Below the pieces are notes generated by a model. That model had not been told where the DNA came from, searched no databases, and saw only the letters and a list, made by a program, of their open reading frames with translations. The position numbers and the translations under genes were made by a program. From Thermophilibacter immobilis (lineage in GTDB: Bacteria; Actinomycetota; Coriobacteriia; Coriobacteriales; Atopobiaceae), in contig NZ_CP063767.1 of assembly GCF_015277515.1 (NCBI RefSeq), positions 1,988,770-2,012,769 on the forward strand: DNA of 24,000 bases. The letters are read 5' to 3'. Below, piece by piece: positions 23,917-24,000 of the stretch; the first letter of the stretch is position 1, and the number at the start of each line of letters is the position of its first letter.

Positions 23917-24000
23917 CTCCCCTTCCGCTCGGCGGCTTACGGGCCGCTGCGTTGTTTTGAAGCTCTCATGTAGAAATATAGAAGGCAGAGAGCGTCGCGC

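Noticed and set aside
23917-24000. PTS gene leader, examined for a BglG/LicT-type RAT antiterminator overlapping a terminator
   Set aside because: Only a short GCGGC/GCCGC hairpin (about 23933-23948) without a U-tract is visible, and the window ends 84 nt upstream of the ATG. The sequence is insufficient to support a call.
1-24000. Scan for CRISPR arrays, rRNA genes, tandem repeats and additional tRNAs
   Set aside because: No regularly spaced direct repeats, rRNA-like conserved blocks or further cloverleaf candidates were seen by eye. A tRNAscan/Infernal run would be needed to be certain.

Overview
High-GC, actinobacterial-type chromosomal segment. The gene content (glycyl-radical enzyme, PTS, Lys-type MurE) suggests an anaerobic Coriobacteriia-like organism, but that is inference only. 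The window is dominated by nucleoside salvage and catabolism. (1) An ~8.8 kb minus-strand operon runs deoB-deoD-BMP lipoprotein-ABC ATPase-two permeases-cdd-pdp (10725 down to 1909), followed by rdgB and nagB. (2) A divergent plus-strand pseudouridine unit has an HTH-fused PsuK/YeiI-like kinase and psuG (11151-13239), a near-consensus promoter and an intrinsic terminator. (3) Directly after that terminator lies a translationally coupled cassette: Crp/Fnr-family regulator, YjjI-type short glycyl-radical enzyme and YjjW-type radical-SAM activase (13328-16503). I consider this the most interesting system, because to my knowledge no substrate is assigned to this GRE family and its context here points to nucleoside or pseudouridine metabolism. 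Downstream are a ~1.7 kb lower-GC islet (a decayed DUF4143-type ATPase gene, an orphan ORF and a 20-bp perfect inverted repeat), rph, tRNA-Val(UAC) and a stand-alone Lys-type murE. A complete IS256-family element with an 8-bp target duplication has clipped the last 12 codons off a PTS EIIBC gene. Many long ORFs in the track are antisense artefacts of high GC content and were rejected. No CRISPR arrays or rRNA genes were seen.
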